DNA of 64,000 nt from positions 62,001 to 126,000 of the forward strand of contig CAXBME010000006.1 in the NCBI GenBank assembly GCA_963976765.1. The letters run 5' to 3'. The notes under the pieces were generated by a model. That model was not told the origin of the DNA. It searched no databases and saw only the letters and a program-made list of their open reading frames with translations. Within the stretch, counting starts at the first letter, position 1. Each line of letters opens with the position of its first letter. Below are positions 19,971 to 29,569 of the stretch, in pieces. This DNA comes from an uncultured Planctomycetaceae bacterium (GTDB taxonomy: Bacteria > Planctomycetota > Planctomycetia > Planctomycetales > Planctomycetaceae). Position numbers and translations under genes: made by a program.

Positions 19971-22721
19971 ATGAAACCAGTCAAGGACATCCTGAAGCAC
20001 TCATCGGTGTATGCGGTCGGGCAGATCCTCAGTCGGTTTGCCTCGATCCTGCTGCTGCCACTCTACACCCGTTGTCTGAGTCCCGCTGACTATGGTTGCG
20101 TCGCGATTCTCGATTTGACGGCTGGCATCCTGGCAATCCTGATCGGGTCGGGGATGGCTTCGGCCGTGATGCGGTCGCACTTCGACAGCGACGACGAGAA
20201 CTATCGCAGTCGAGTCTGGTGGACCGGTCTGGCGTGGGTCGCCTTTTCGGCAACGGCTCTGGTCGTGCCATTGATTGTCGCGAGAGACGTGATTGCGGAG
20301 CTGACTCTCGGTGCCGAAATTACGAACGGCGCCATGTTCTACCTGCTGGCCGCCGGCACGCTCTGGATGAACACGGTCAGCGAACTGCTGGAAACCTGGC
20401 TGCGAGTTAAAAAAAGATCCGGCACATTCGTCGCTTTGTCGATGAGTCGCCTGCTGCTGAACATGGGCCTGAATGTGTGGTTCCTGGTCGGGCTCAATCT
20501 GGGCGTCACCGGCCTGCTGACCGGCAACGTAATCGCCGCCACGGTTAACACCACCGCGCTGCTGTTGATCTTCGCTCGTCACCAGTCGAGTTTCTGTGTC
20601 GACAGAGCCATCCTGCGGACACTTTTGTGCTTCGGCTCGCCGCTGATCATCCAGGCATTTCTGTCGCTGATGATGCATGAGGCGGATCGCTATTTGTTAA
20701 GAGCGTACGCTAGTCTCGACGAGGTCGGGGTGTACTCGCTGGCGTATAAGATCGGGCAGGCGGTCAATACGCTGTGCATGATCCCGTTTGGTGCCATCTG
20801 GGGCGTCGTTCTTTACGAGATTGCTCAGCAGCCCGATCCGAAAACGACTTACGCAAACGTCTTCAAGTATTACGTCTATGGACTGCTGGTGGTCATGCTG
20901 GCAGCCGCTTTGTTTGCCTTCCCCGTTCTGCCGTTTCTGACACCGGGTGACTTCGGGCAGTCCGTCGACCTGATTCCTGTCATCGTGCTGGCGTTCGTGT
21001 TCTTCGCGATGCACTCGCAGTTCAGCGTGCCGGTGTTGCTTGCTCGAAAGACCGCAGCATTGATACCCGCTTCCGTTGCCGGCGTCGTGGCAAACGTTGT
21101 CTTCAATCTGCTGCTGATTCCTCGCTTCGGGGCTCACGGTGCGGCCTGGGCGAGCGTCGCGACGTACGCCGCGTTCTCGTTCACCGGCCTGTGGTTCTAC
21201 CGGAAAGTCGACCGCTATCCGTACCCGTTCGCTCGGTGCCTGATCTGTGCTCTGGCCGTCGGCGGAACTTATGTCGGAGTCCGGTATCTCGTCTTTACCG
21301 AGGTCACCGGTGTCGCGGGACGTCTCGCCGTGGCCACCGTGGCCACTGGATCCTGGACGGCCATTCTGTTTGGTCGTGTCGCGATGCCATTGCTCCAGGT
21401 GGTCGAAACCAGAACCGGTTTCCGAATAATCCCGACCGCTTTTCGACACGTAACTTCAACTACTGACCCACTCGTCGATGCTCAAGCTGAGAGACCAACC
21501 ATGAAAGCGCTTTTGCTGAGCGAAATTTTCCCGCCTCAAAACGGAGGCAGCGGACGCTGGTTTCAGGAGATCTACAGCCGGCTGCCTCGCGAGAATGTCG
21601 TCGTCGCGGCAGGCGAACATCCCGCACAGGACGAATTCGACTCGACACATAACATGAATCTGCATCGTCTTTCACTGACGATGCCTCAGTGGGGTTTGCG
21701 AAGTGTTTCGGCATTGCGTGACTACTGGCGGCTTTTTCGAACCGTGCGACGGATCGTTCGTTCCGAAAAGGTCACACAGATTCATTGCGGACGTTGCCTG
21801 CCGGAAGGCTGGCTCGCGTTTCTGCTGAAAAAGTTCTGCCGGATTCCGTACGTCTGCTACGTCCACGGCGAAGATGTTGAATCCGCCGCAACCAGCCGCG
21901 AGCTTTCCTGGATGGTCAGCCGCGTACTGAGGAACGCCGATTACCTCATCGCCAACAGCCAGAACACCGCAAGGCTTCTGACCGAAAACTGGTCACTAGC
22001 AAGTTCTCACGTCAGGGTTTTACATCCAGGCTGCGATGCGTCGCGGTTCGCGCCGGCAGCTCGATGTGAGCTCGTTCGCGAAGAACTCGGCTGGAAGAAT
22101 CGTTCTGTCGTGCTGACCGTTGGTCGTTTGCAGGAACGCAAAGGCCACGATGTGATGATCGAGGCTCTGCCGACAATTCGCGAAGCGATTCCGGATGTGC
22201 TGTACTCGATCGTCGGCGGTGGCGAGCAACTCAGCCGACTGAAGCAACTTGTCGCCGATCACGGCGTTACGGAACAGGTTCAGTTTCTCGGCGAAGTCGA
22301 CGACCAGACCATGATTCGCTGTTACCAGCAGTGCGATCTGTTTGCCTTGCCGAACCGCCAGGTGGGACGCGACATCGAAGGCTTCGGCATGGTCCTGGTC
22401 GAAGCTCAGGCATGTGGGCGTCCGGTGCTGGCCGGAGCTTCGGGCGGCACTCGCGAAACGATGGACATCGGTCGGACCGGTGTCGTCGCGCCGTGTGAAG
22501 AAGCAGATGGTCTGGCCATGGAAGTCACGCGGCTGTTGCTCGATCGGGAAGGTCTCGAAGAAATGGGCAAAGCCGCTCGTCCGTGGGTTGTCGAGCACCT
22601 TGACTGGAACGCCTTGTCCCGACAGGCCGCCGAACAGTTCAACATCGAAATGCCAACGTCTGCCGACACCGCCGCCAAATCTCAGGACAAGAAACAGAGT
22701 ACCAACCTGGTCACAAGCTGA
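19971..22721 (+). CDS. Fusion of a Wzx-like oligosaccharide flippase (MOP family) and a GT4 glycosyltransferase
   Basis: About 14 hydrophobic segments with LLPLYTRxLSPADYG, DRYLL, VGVYSLAYK, LLIPRFGAHGAAWA; then from 21501 MKALLLSEIFPPQNGGSG, VGRLQERKG, EGFGMVLVEA. No stop between the halves. Confidence 0.88.
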   Translation: MKPVKDILKHSSVYAVGQILSRFASILLLPLYTRCLSPADYGCVAILDLTAGILAILIGSGMASAVMRSHFDSDDENYRSRVWWTGLAWVAFSATALVVPLIVARDVIAELTLGAEITNGAMFYLLAAGTLWMNTVSELLETWLRVKKRSGTFVALSMSRLLLNMGLNVWFLVGLNLGVTGLLTGNVIAATVNTTALLLIFARHQSSFCVDRAILRTLLCFGSPLIIQAFLSLMMHEADRYLLRAYASLDEVGVYSLAYKIGQAVNTLCMIPFGAIWGVVLYEIAQQPDPKTTYANVFKYYVYGLLVVMLAAALFAFPVLPFLTPGDFGQSVDLIPVIVLAFVFFAMHSQFSVPVLLARKTAALIPASVAGVVANVVFNLLLIPRFGAHGAAWASVATYAAFSFTGLWFYRKVDRYPYPFARCLICALAVGGTYVGVRYLVFTEVTGVAGRLAVATVATGSWTAILFGRVAMPLLQVVETRTGFRIIPTAFRHVTSTTDPLVDAQAERPTMKALLLSEIFPPQNGGSGRWFQEIYSRLPRENVVVAAGEHPAQDEFDSTHNMNLHRLSLTMPQWGLRSVSALRDYWRLFRTVRRIVRSEKVTQIHCGRCLPEGWLAFLLKKFCRIPYVCYVHGEDVESAATSRELSWMVSRVLRNADYLIANSQNTARLLTENWSLASSHVRVLHPGCDASRFAPAARCELVREELGWKNRSVVLTVGRLQERKGHDVMIEALPTIREAIPDVLYSIVGGGEQLSRLKQLVADHGVTEQVQFLGEVDDQTMIRCYQQCDLFALPNRQVGRDIEGFGMVLVEAQACGRPVLAGASGGTRETMDIGRTGVVAPCEEADGLAMEVTRLLLDREGLEEMGKAARPWVVEHLDWNALSRQAAEQFNIEMPTSADTAAKSQDKKQSTNLVTS

Positions 22722-22726
22722 ACGAA

Positions 22727-22804
22727 GTGTGCCACTGGCGCTGCCTGTGCTGCCACAAGCAACCCCACAACCCAAATCAGGCACTGGCAGAGCCAGTGGC
22801 ACAC
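22727..22804. repeat. REPIN-like inverted pair (GTGCCACTGGC family), intergenic
   Basis: GTGTGCCACTGGCGCTGCCTGTGC (22727-50) and GCACTGGCAGAGCCAGTGGCACAC (22781-804); 22/24 complementary; each arm is itself palindromic. Confidence 0.9.
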
Positions 22805-22846
22805 AGAAATCCTATCGGCATTCGACAGACTACTAAGAACGCAATT

Positions 22847-25450
22847 ATGAACGAAACTACCGAATCACCTTTGGTTTCAGAGAGTCGGCACGCGAATGGC
22901 AAATCATTCGTGACGGCTCTTTCTGTCATCAGCCGGCTTTCGCACTCGGTGCAGAACGTTCCTCTGAGCACAGGACTCGATCTGCCTCGCGGGTTTCTAT
23001 TCGACGACCAGTCGCTCGCGCTTCGCACTCCGGAAGGTAAATCGGTGACCGTTCAGTCGACGCCGTTGGCGCACTGGCCCGACGGCAGTGTGAAGTGGAC
23101 ACTGCTGGACTTTGTCGCTCCGGAAGTTGCTGCCGGGACGACGAACTGGGCCGTAGAACGATCCGTCGAGCACACTTCGACGGATGAGGCGTCGTTGACG
23201 TTATCCGCAGAAACGATTGGTTTGCGTCTCGAAAATAATGCCGTCGTTCTGCGTCGAGGTGACCAGGAAGTGCGGCTCGACTTTGTTCTGACCAGTCAGT
23301 CCGGCCAGAAACTTCGCCCGCAGATCACTCATCAGAAAATGGAATCGGAAGGGCCGATTCGCTGGACCGTTTTGTTTGAAGGCGTGTTTCCCAGGTATCG
23401 AGGTCTTCGTTTCGCAGCCCGCATCAGCACGTTTGAAAACACGGGACACGTCCGGTGCGACGTCAGGCTGCACAACCCGAACCGGGCAAATCACAAAGGC
23501 GGACTGTGGGATCTTGGCGATGCCGGTTCGATCAGCTTCGACTCGTTCAACGTCGAATGCCAAAGGTCAACGCCGGCCAGCGCGATTCACTGGAAAGCCG
23601 AATTTGATCACGCAGACTGCTCCAGCGGCGGAGGATCGCTCTCGATTTATCAGGACTCCAGCGGTCGTGAAAACTGGCAAAGCAAGAACCACGTCAATTT
23701 CGACGGTCGCGTTCCGTGCCGGTTTCGCGGCTACGAACTACGATCTTCGGCTCGCACCGAAGCGGGACTTCACGCTTCGCCAACGGTCGCTCTCGAAGGT
23801 GGCGACGGAAACCTGACCGTCGCTGTTCCGGAATTCTGGCAGCAGTTTCCGGGCTCCGTTTCGGCAGAAGCCTCGCACATTCACATTGGCCTGTTCCCTG
23901 CCCAATGGAACGATCTATTCGAACTGCAAGGCGGCGAGCAGAAAACTCAGACGATCTGGCTTTCGCTCGACGTGACAGATGCCGACCTGCACAACGCTGA
24001 CTGGGTCCATGAGCCGATTCGAATCGCAGCGTCGCCGGAGTGGCATCTACGAACAAAGGCGCTGCCGTACTTCTGCCCGGCGACCAGGGATCCTCATCCG
24101 CGGCTCTCGAATTTGCTGACTGAATCCGCACGCAGCGAGAACTCGCTGACGGCCAGACGCGACGCGATCGATGAATACGGCTGGCGACACTTCGGCGAAC
24201 TGTGGGCGGATCATGAAGCCGCGTTTGCCGAAGGTTCTCAGCCGACAATCTCGCACTACAACAACCAGTTCGACTCGGTCTACGGCGGCATTCTGCAGCT
24301 GGCCCGGACCGGCGATACCACGTGGTTTGACCTTTTCGATCCGCTCGCTCGACATGTTTCTGACATCGACATTTACCACACGCAGAAAGACCGGGCGGCT
24401 TACAACGGCGGTCTGTTCTGGCATACCGATCACTACTCAGACGCTGGCACCTGCACACACCGGACTTACACGACGCAGAATGCGAAACCCGGTCGGGACT
24501 ACGGCGGCGGACCGAGCGACGAACACAACTACACGACCGGCCTGCTGCACCATTACTACCTGACCGGCAACCCGGAATCACGAACGGCGGTCATCTCGCT
24601 GGCCGACTGGGTCATTAACGTCGACGATGGTTCGCAAACCGTCTTCGGATTGCTCGATGCCGGACCGACTGGACTCGCCAGCGCAACAGCTTCGGCAGAC
24701 TTCCACGGTCCTGGACGAGGCGCCGGCAATTCAGTCAACGCACTGATCGATGGCTGGCTGCTCACTGGCGAACGCCGATACCTCGACTACGCCGAGACGC
24801 TCATTCAACGAGTTATTCATCCGGAAGAAAACATTGATGAACTGGACCTGCTGAATGCGGAATCCCGCTGGTCGTACACCGTCTTCCTGTCGGCACTCGC
24901 CAGGTACCTCGACATCAAGCACGAAGCCGACGAACACGACGACGCTTATCACTACGCAGCGGCCAGTATGGCTCACGTCGGACGCTGGATGCTGCACAAC
25001 GAACGACCGTACTTCGATCACCCGGAGCAGCTCGAATTTCCGACTGAGACCTGGGCGGCACAGGAACTTCGCAAAGCCAACGTCCTTCGGCTCGCGGCAA
25101 AGTTCTGCGATGTCAACGAGCGAACAGCGATCCTGAAACGCGGCGAAGAACTGGCCGACCGAGCGTGGGACGATCTTGAACGTTTCGAATCCCGACACGT
25201 CTCACGCGCGTTGGCCATCGCGATGAGCGAGGGCGCACGCGACTGCTGGCTGCGTCAACAATCGTTTGAAAACAAGCCGATCGCCGAACAGCAAACGTGG
25301 GGACCGAAGTCAAAGTTCGTACCGCAGAAAGATCGCGTGAAGCAGCAGCTGAAGTCGCCAAAGGGTCTGATCAAAGCGGCGATTTCAGCCGTGAACGTCA
25401 CGAAGTGGCCGGCAACGTTCCGAAGTCTCATGAAGCAGTTTCAGTCGTAG
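22847..25450 (+). CDS. Large carbohydrate-active hypothetical protein, PcRGLX/YetA (PL26)-like
   Basis: N-terminal HWPDGSVKW motif; beta-sandwich middle; aromatic/His-rich helical-barrel C-terminus (YGWRHFG, HYNNQFD, HVSDID). No signal peptide from the ATG at 22847. Confidence 0.65.
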   Translation: MNETTESPLVSESRHANGKSFVTALSVISRLSHSVQNVPLSTGLDLPRGFLFDDQSLALRTPEGKSVTVQSTPLAHWPDGSVKWTLLDFVAPEVAAGTTNWAVERSVEHTSTDEASLTLSAETIGLRLENNAVVLRRGDQEVRLDFVLTSQSGQKLRPQITHQKMESEGPIRWTVLFEGVFPRYRGLRFAARISTFENTGHVRCDVRLHNPNRANHKGGLWDLGDAGSISFDSFNVECQRSTPASAIHWKAEFDHADCSSGGGSLSIYQDSSGRENWQSKNHVNFDGRVPCRFRGYELRSSARTEAGLHASPTVALEGGDGNLTVAVPEFWQQFPGSVSAEASHIHIGLFPAQWNDLFELQGGEQKTQTIWLSLDVTDADLHNADWVHEPIRIAASPEWHLRTKALPYFCPATRDPHPRLSNLLTESARSENSLTARRDAIDEYGWRHFGELWADHEAAFAEGSQPTISHYNNQFDSVYGGILQLARTGDTTWFDLFDPLARHVSDIDIYHTQKDRAAYNGGLFWHTDHYSDAGTCTHRTYTTQNAKPGRDYGGGPSDEHNYTTGLLHHYYLTGNPESRTAVISLADWVINVDDGSQTVFGLLDAGPTGLASATASADFHGPGRGAGNSVNALIDGWLLTGERRYLDYAETLIQRVIHPEENIDELDLLNAESRWSYTVFLSALARYLDIKHEADEHDDAYHYAAASMAHVGRWMLHNERPYFDHPEQLEFPTETWAAQELRKANVLRLAAKFCDVNERTAILKRGEELADRAWDDLERFESRHVSRALAIAMSEGARDCWLRQQSFENKPIAEQQTWGPKSKFVPQKDRVKQQLKSPKGLIKAAISAVNVTKWPATFRSLMKQFQS

Positions 25451-25458
25451 CCGTTGTC

Positions 25459-25483
25459 GCAGGGCGGGCAGTGTCCACCCTGC
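25459..25483. repeat. Single REP-like palindrome (GGTGGGCAC family)
   Basis: GCAGGGCGGGCAGTGTCCACCCTGC is self-complementary and matches the arms at 10750 and 19889. Confidence 0.7.
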
Positions 25484-25491
25484 GAATAACT

Positions 25492-26157
25492 ATGGAAACC
25501 ATTCCGATGAAAACTCTCATCAAACAACTTGTCGAGTTCACAGCCTTCCTGGTCGTGTTACCGGCTTACGGCCTGTACCGAACTGGCGTGGCAATCGCGG
25601 GAACAGACAAAGCGTTTCCTGGCTGGTCGGAAACCTTCTCGCTGCTGCCGGGATTGACCGGGCAGTACCTGCGGCGAGCGTTTTACTCGTTGACACTGAA
25701 ACGTTGCGGCGAGAATTCCTGCCTCTCGTTCGGGTCGACCTTTTCTCATCCAACGGCCAGTGTCGGCGCGAACGTTTATGTTGGATCGTACTGTGTCCTG
25801 GGCGGCATCACGCTGGAAGATGATGTACTGATTGCATCGCGAGTTTCAATCATGAACGGAACTCAGCAGCACGGCACCGCCCGACTCGATATTCCGATTC
25901 GCGAGCAGCCTGGCATCTTCACTCCGGTGACCATCGGCGAAGGTTCATGGATTGGCGAAGGCGCGATCGTGTCGGCCGATGTCGGAAAACACTGCGTCAT
26001 CGGAGCGGGAGCCGTCGTCACGAAACCGATTCCGGACTACGCCATCGCCTTCGGAGTGCCTGCTGAAGTCGTGAAGTTTCGCAGCGTCGAACTGCCCATC
26101 GAACGGCAGCTCGCCGAGGCCGAACGTCTGGTCAAATCGGCGACCGAGGTATCCTGA
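25492..26157 (+). CDS. Hexapeptide-repeat acyltransferase (left-handed beta-helix)
   Basis: [LIV]Gxxxx repeats (VGANVY, IGEGSW, IGEGAI, VGKHCV, IGAGAV) and AFGVPA. Start 25492 or 25507. Confidence 0.88.
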   Translation: METIPMKTLIKQLVEFTAFLVVLPAYGLYRTGVAIAGTDKAFPGWSETFSLLPGLTGQYLRRAFYSLTLKRCGENSCLSFGSTFSHPTASVGANVYVGSYCVLGGITLEDDVLIASRVSIMNGTQQHGTARLDIPIREQPGIFTPVTIGEGSWIGEGAIVSADVGKHCVIGAGAVVTKPIPDYAIAFGVPAEVVKFRSVELPIERQLAEAERLVKSATEVS

Positions 26158-26379
26158 GCACAACCGGAACGTTCCCAACCTGCTGCCGCCTCGGAGCAGT
26201 TGTCAGTCGACGATGCAGGATGTCCTGACGTTGTCAGCGATCGTCTCATTTCTGCGAGTCAGCCGCCAAACACCAGCTATGTTTCCGAAGAGCGTTCTCT
26301 CGCGAGTTTCGCTTCTCAGCACATCCGCTTTTGGTCGATCAGCCCGAAGCAGTTTTGAACTCAGTCAACGGTCTTCACC

Positions 26380-28326
26380 ATGTGCGGCATCACGGGAGTT
26401 GTCTATTCCCCATCCGGACGATTTGTCGATCCAGGCGTTCTGAAACGCATGGCGGATTCGATCGCGCACCGAGGTCCAGACGCGGACGGATTTCACATCG
26501 ACCGCAACGTTGGACTCGCCCATCGTCGGTTATCGATCATCGACCTTGAAGGCGGCGACCAGCCCATTGGAAACGAAGACGGCTCGGTGCAGGTCGTCTT
26601 CAACGGCGAGATCTACAACTTTCGCGAGCTGCGATCCGAGCTGGAATCCAAAGGGCATCGATTCAAAACGTGCTCCGACACCGAAGTCATCGTGCATCTT
26701 TACGAGGAACTCGGAGACCGCTGCGTCGAGCGACTGCGAGGCATGTTTGCCATCGCGCTGTGGGACTCCCGCAAACAACGACTGCTGCTGGCGCGGGACC
26801 GGGTTGGCATTAAACCGCTGTTCGTTTCGGTAAACGACAGGCGAATCGTCTTCGGCTCTGAACTGAAGCCGTTGCTGGCTCATGGCGATATCCGCCGGGA
26901 GATCGATCCGGCGGCCATCGACGAGTACCTGAACTACGGGGTCATCCCCGGCGATCGTTGCATTTTTCGAAGCGTTGAAAAACTGCTGCCGGGGCATGTG
27001 CTGACGATTGACGTCCCGCAGTGGCGAATCGAACGACGACGTTACTGGCAGCTGCACTTTGCCGCCGACGAGACGCTGTCCATTGATGAGTGGCAGGAAG
27101 CGATCCTCGCCAAACTGGACGAGACCGTGCGGCTGCATCTGCTGGCCGATGTGTCGGTGGGCTCGTTTCTGAGCGGCGGCATCGATTCGAGCCTCGTCAC
27201 CGGCCTGGCGAGTCGAGCATTGTCGACGCCGATTCAGACCTTTTCGATGGGTTTTCGCGAGTCGGAATTCAACGAGCTGCCCGCCGCGCGGGAAATCGCC
27301 GAGCACTTCGGCACCGAACACACCGAGCGAACCGTTTCGGCCGATGCGGTTTCGCTGCTGCCACAACTGACCAAGTTTTATGACGAACCGTTTGCAGACT
27401 CGTCTGCGGTGCCGACGTTTCTGGTTTCGCAGATCGCCAGCCAGCATGTGAAAGTTGTGCTGTCGGGCGACGGTGGCGACGAGGCACTGGGTGGTTACTC
27501 AAGGTACGCCCACGATTTGAAAGAAGTCTCGATTCGGCGAATTATTCCGAACTGGATGCGCCGCCCGTTGCTTTCAACACTCGCCGCGGCCTGGCCGAAG
27601 GCTGACTGGCTGCCTCGACCGCTGCGACTCAAAACGTTCCTGACGAACATGTCGTTACCAGCCGGACAGGCCTATGCGAATACGCTCTCGCTGTGCCGAC
27701 TTCCATTGCGTCATCAGTTGTTGACTGGCGACCTGCGGGCAGCCGTCAGGGATCACAACACGTCGCGAGTTGCCGTCAAGGGATTCTTCAACGGCGGCGG
27801 CGATCCGCTGAACGGCATGATTGCTGCTGACATGGCGACGCTGTTGCCGGACGACTATCTCGTCAAAGTTGATCGAGCGAGCATGGCCAACGGGCTGGAA
27901 GTTCGTCCGCCAATGCTGGATCACGAGTTCCTTGAACTGTGCGCCCGCGTGCCTGCACGGCTGAAGATCAACCACGGAGAAACCAAGTGGCTGCTGCGCC
28001 AGACGGCTCGCCGTCTTGTCCCGTCTTCGATTATTGATCGCCCGAAACAGGGCTTTGAAATTCCGGTCGATCAGTGGTTCCGCGGACCGCTCGGCGACAT
28101 GTTCCGCGACACTGTTCTGACTTCAGGCTCAACGCTGGCCGGCATCGTCAATCAGTCAGCCGCTGAGCAAATGCTGGAGCGACATTATCGAGGCACTGGT
28201 CGACACGGCAGCACACTCTGGTCGCTGCTGACGCTGGCGTCATGGGCGGATCAATACCTGAAAGAGCCAACCGAGCAAACGCCATCGCCGCAGACGGTAG
28301 CGGTTCCAGTTGGAGGTGCATCGTGA
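26380..28326 (+). CDS. asnB: Asparagine synthase (glutamine-hydrolysing)-like amidotransferase
   Basis: MCGI N-terminal nucleophile; HRGPD, HRRLSIID, FNGEIYN, FLSGGIDSS, LSGDGGDE, KVDRASM. The context suggests a polysaccharide amidotransferase rather than Asn synthesis. Confidence 0.92.
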   Translation: MCGITGVVYSPSGRFVDPGVLKRMADSIAHRGPDADGFHIDRNVGLAHRRLSIIDLEGGDQPIGNEDGSVQVVFNGEIYNFRELRSELESKGHRFKTCSDTEVIVHLYEELGDRCVERLRGMFAIALWDSRKQRLLLARDRVGIKPLFVSVNDRRIVFGSELKPLLAHGDIRREIDPAAIDEYLNYGVIPGDRCIFRSVEKLLPGHVLTIDVPQWRIERRRYWQLHFAADETLSIDEWQEAILAKLDETVRLHLLADVSVGSFLSGGIDSSLVTGLASRALSTPIQTFSMGFRESEFNELPAAREIAEHFGTEHTERTVSADAVSLLPQLTKFYDEPFADSSAVPTFLVSQIASQHVKVVLSGDGGDEALGGYSRYAHDLKEVSIRRIIPNWMRRPLLSTLAAAWPKADWLPRPLRLKTFLTNMSLPAGQAYANTLSLCRLPLRHQLLTGDLRAAVRDHNTSRVAVKGFFNGGGDPLNGMIAADMATLLPDDYLVKVDRASMANGLEVRPPMLDHEFLELCARVPARLKINHGETKWLLRQTARRLVPSSIIDRPKQGFEIPVDQWFRGPLGDMFRDTVLTSGSTLAGIVNQSAAEQMLERHYRGTGRHGSTLWSLLTLASWADQYLKEPTEQTPSPQTVAVPVGGAS

Positions 28327-29540
28327 TTCAACCGGTATCCCCAGCTCGCGACGACCGCCCCGTCATTTGCCAGGTGCTGCATAGTCTGGATATCGGAGGT
28401 GCGGAGATTCTGGCAGCAGGTCTCGCACGGGAATTGGCGGATCGCTACCGCTTCATTTTCGCCTGTCTGGATAACCAGGTCGGCGTGCTCGGCGAAGAGT
28501 TTGCCGCGCGCGGCGTACCCATGAAAGTCTTCCATCGACAGCCGGGTATCGACTGGAAATGCTCGCTTCGACTCGCGTCGTTCTTCCGTGAGCACCGCGT
28601 TCAGATCGTGCACGCTCACCAGTACACGCCGTTCTTTCAGTCGCTGCTGGCAAGACTGACTTATCGCCGACCGCCAATCGTGTTCACCGAGCATGGTCGA
28701 CATTTTCCCGATTCACGCAGTTCGAAACGAGTCGTTGTGAACCGAGCGTTGCTGCGGTCAGACGACCGGTTAATCGGTGTCGGCGAGTCTGTTCGGCAGG
28801 CGCTTGTCGACAACGAAGGACTCCCTGAGTCACGAACCGAAACCATTTACAACGGTGTTCCGCTGGAGAAGTTTCTCGCCGTGAACGGCGACGATGATCT
28901 GCGATCTGTCGTGCGCTGCGAACTGGGCATCACCACGAACGAGTTTGCGATCATCCAGGTGGCGAGGTTGAATGCGTTGAAAGATCACTCAACATCCATC
29001 CGAACAATCAAACGACTTCGCGATAACGACGTCCCGGCGAAGTTGATTCTCGTTGGAGACGGCGAAGAACGTTCGCAACTGGAACAGTTTGTGACCGAGC
29101 AGAAACTGGCCGATGCAGTCCTTTTTCTCGGAGCACGAAGCAACATTCCGCGACTGTTGACCGCTGCGGACGCGTTCCTGCTGAGCAGCATCAGCGAAGG
29201 AATTCCTCTCACGCTGATCGAAGCGATGGGCGCCGGCATTCCGATTGTCTCAACCGACGTCGGAGGCATTCCGGAAATCATTGAACACGGCGTTGCCGGG
29301 TTACTCGCACCAGCTCGCGACGATGAAACACTGGCCGCACACCTGCAAACGCTCTGGCAGAATCCGAAACAAAGAACAGAACTGGCAACGAACGGTTGCC
29401 GACGAGCTGCCGAACAATTCTCACTGGCATACATGCATCGACAATACGTCGACGTCTACGAGCAGCTTCTTGGGCGACAAGACGCTCAACAGCCGACGGC
29501 TAACCACGACATCGCGACTTCACCAGTAAAGTCACATTGA
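28323..29540 (+). CDS. GT4 glycosyltransferase
   Basis: GTG overlapping the asnB stop (GTGA) with GGAGG upstream; IGGAE, FTEHG, YNGV, ARLNALKDH, EGIPLTLIEAM. Confidence 0.9.
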   Translation: MIQPVSPARDDRPVICQVLHSLDIGGAEILAAGLARELADRYRFIFACLDNQVGVLGEEFAARGVPMKVFHRQPGIDWKCSLRLASFFREHRVQIVHAHQYTPFFQSLLARLTYRRPPIVFTEHGRHFPDSRSSKRVVVNRALLRSDDRLIGVGESVRQALVDNEGLPESRTETIYNGVPLEKFLAVNGDDDLRSVVRCELGITTNEFAIIQVARLNALKDHSTSIRTIKRLRDNDVPAKLILVGDGEERSQLEQFVTEQKLADAVLFLGARSNIPRLLTAADAFLLSSISEGIPLTLIEAMGAGIPIVSTDVGGIPEIIEHGVAGLLAPARDDETLAAHLQTLWQNPKQRTELATNGCRRAAEQFSLAYMHRQYVDVYEQLLGRQDAQQPTANHDIATSPVKSH

Positions 29541-29569
29541 ATCTACACTTCGTTTCAGCGTGGTCCGAA

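Noticed and set aside
22727..22846. Cys/His-rich N-terminal extension MCHWRCLCCH... of the 907-aa ORF
   Set aside because: It is the translation of the intergenic palindromic repeat; the ATG at 22847 is the more plausible start.
26380..28326. AsnB-like gene as a lasso-peptide cyclase
   Set aside because: It has an intact glutaminase domain, no B protein or precursor nearby, and a glycosyltransferase context.
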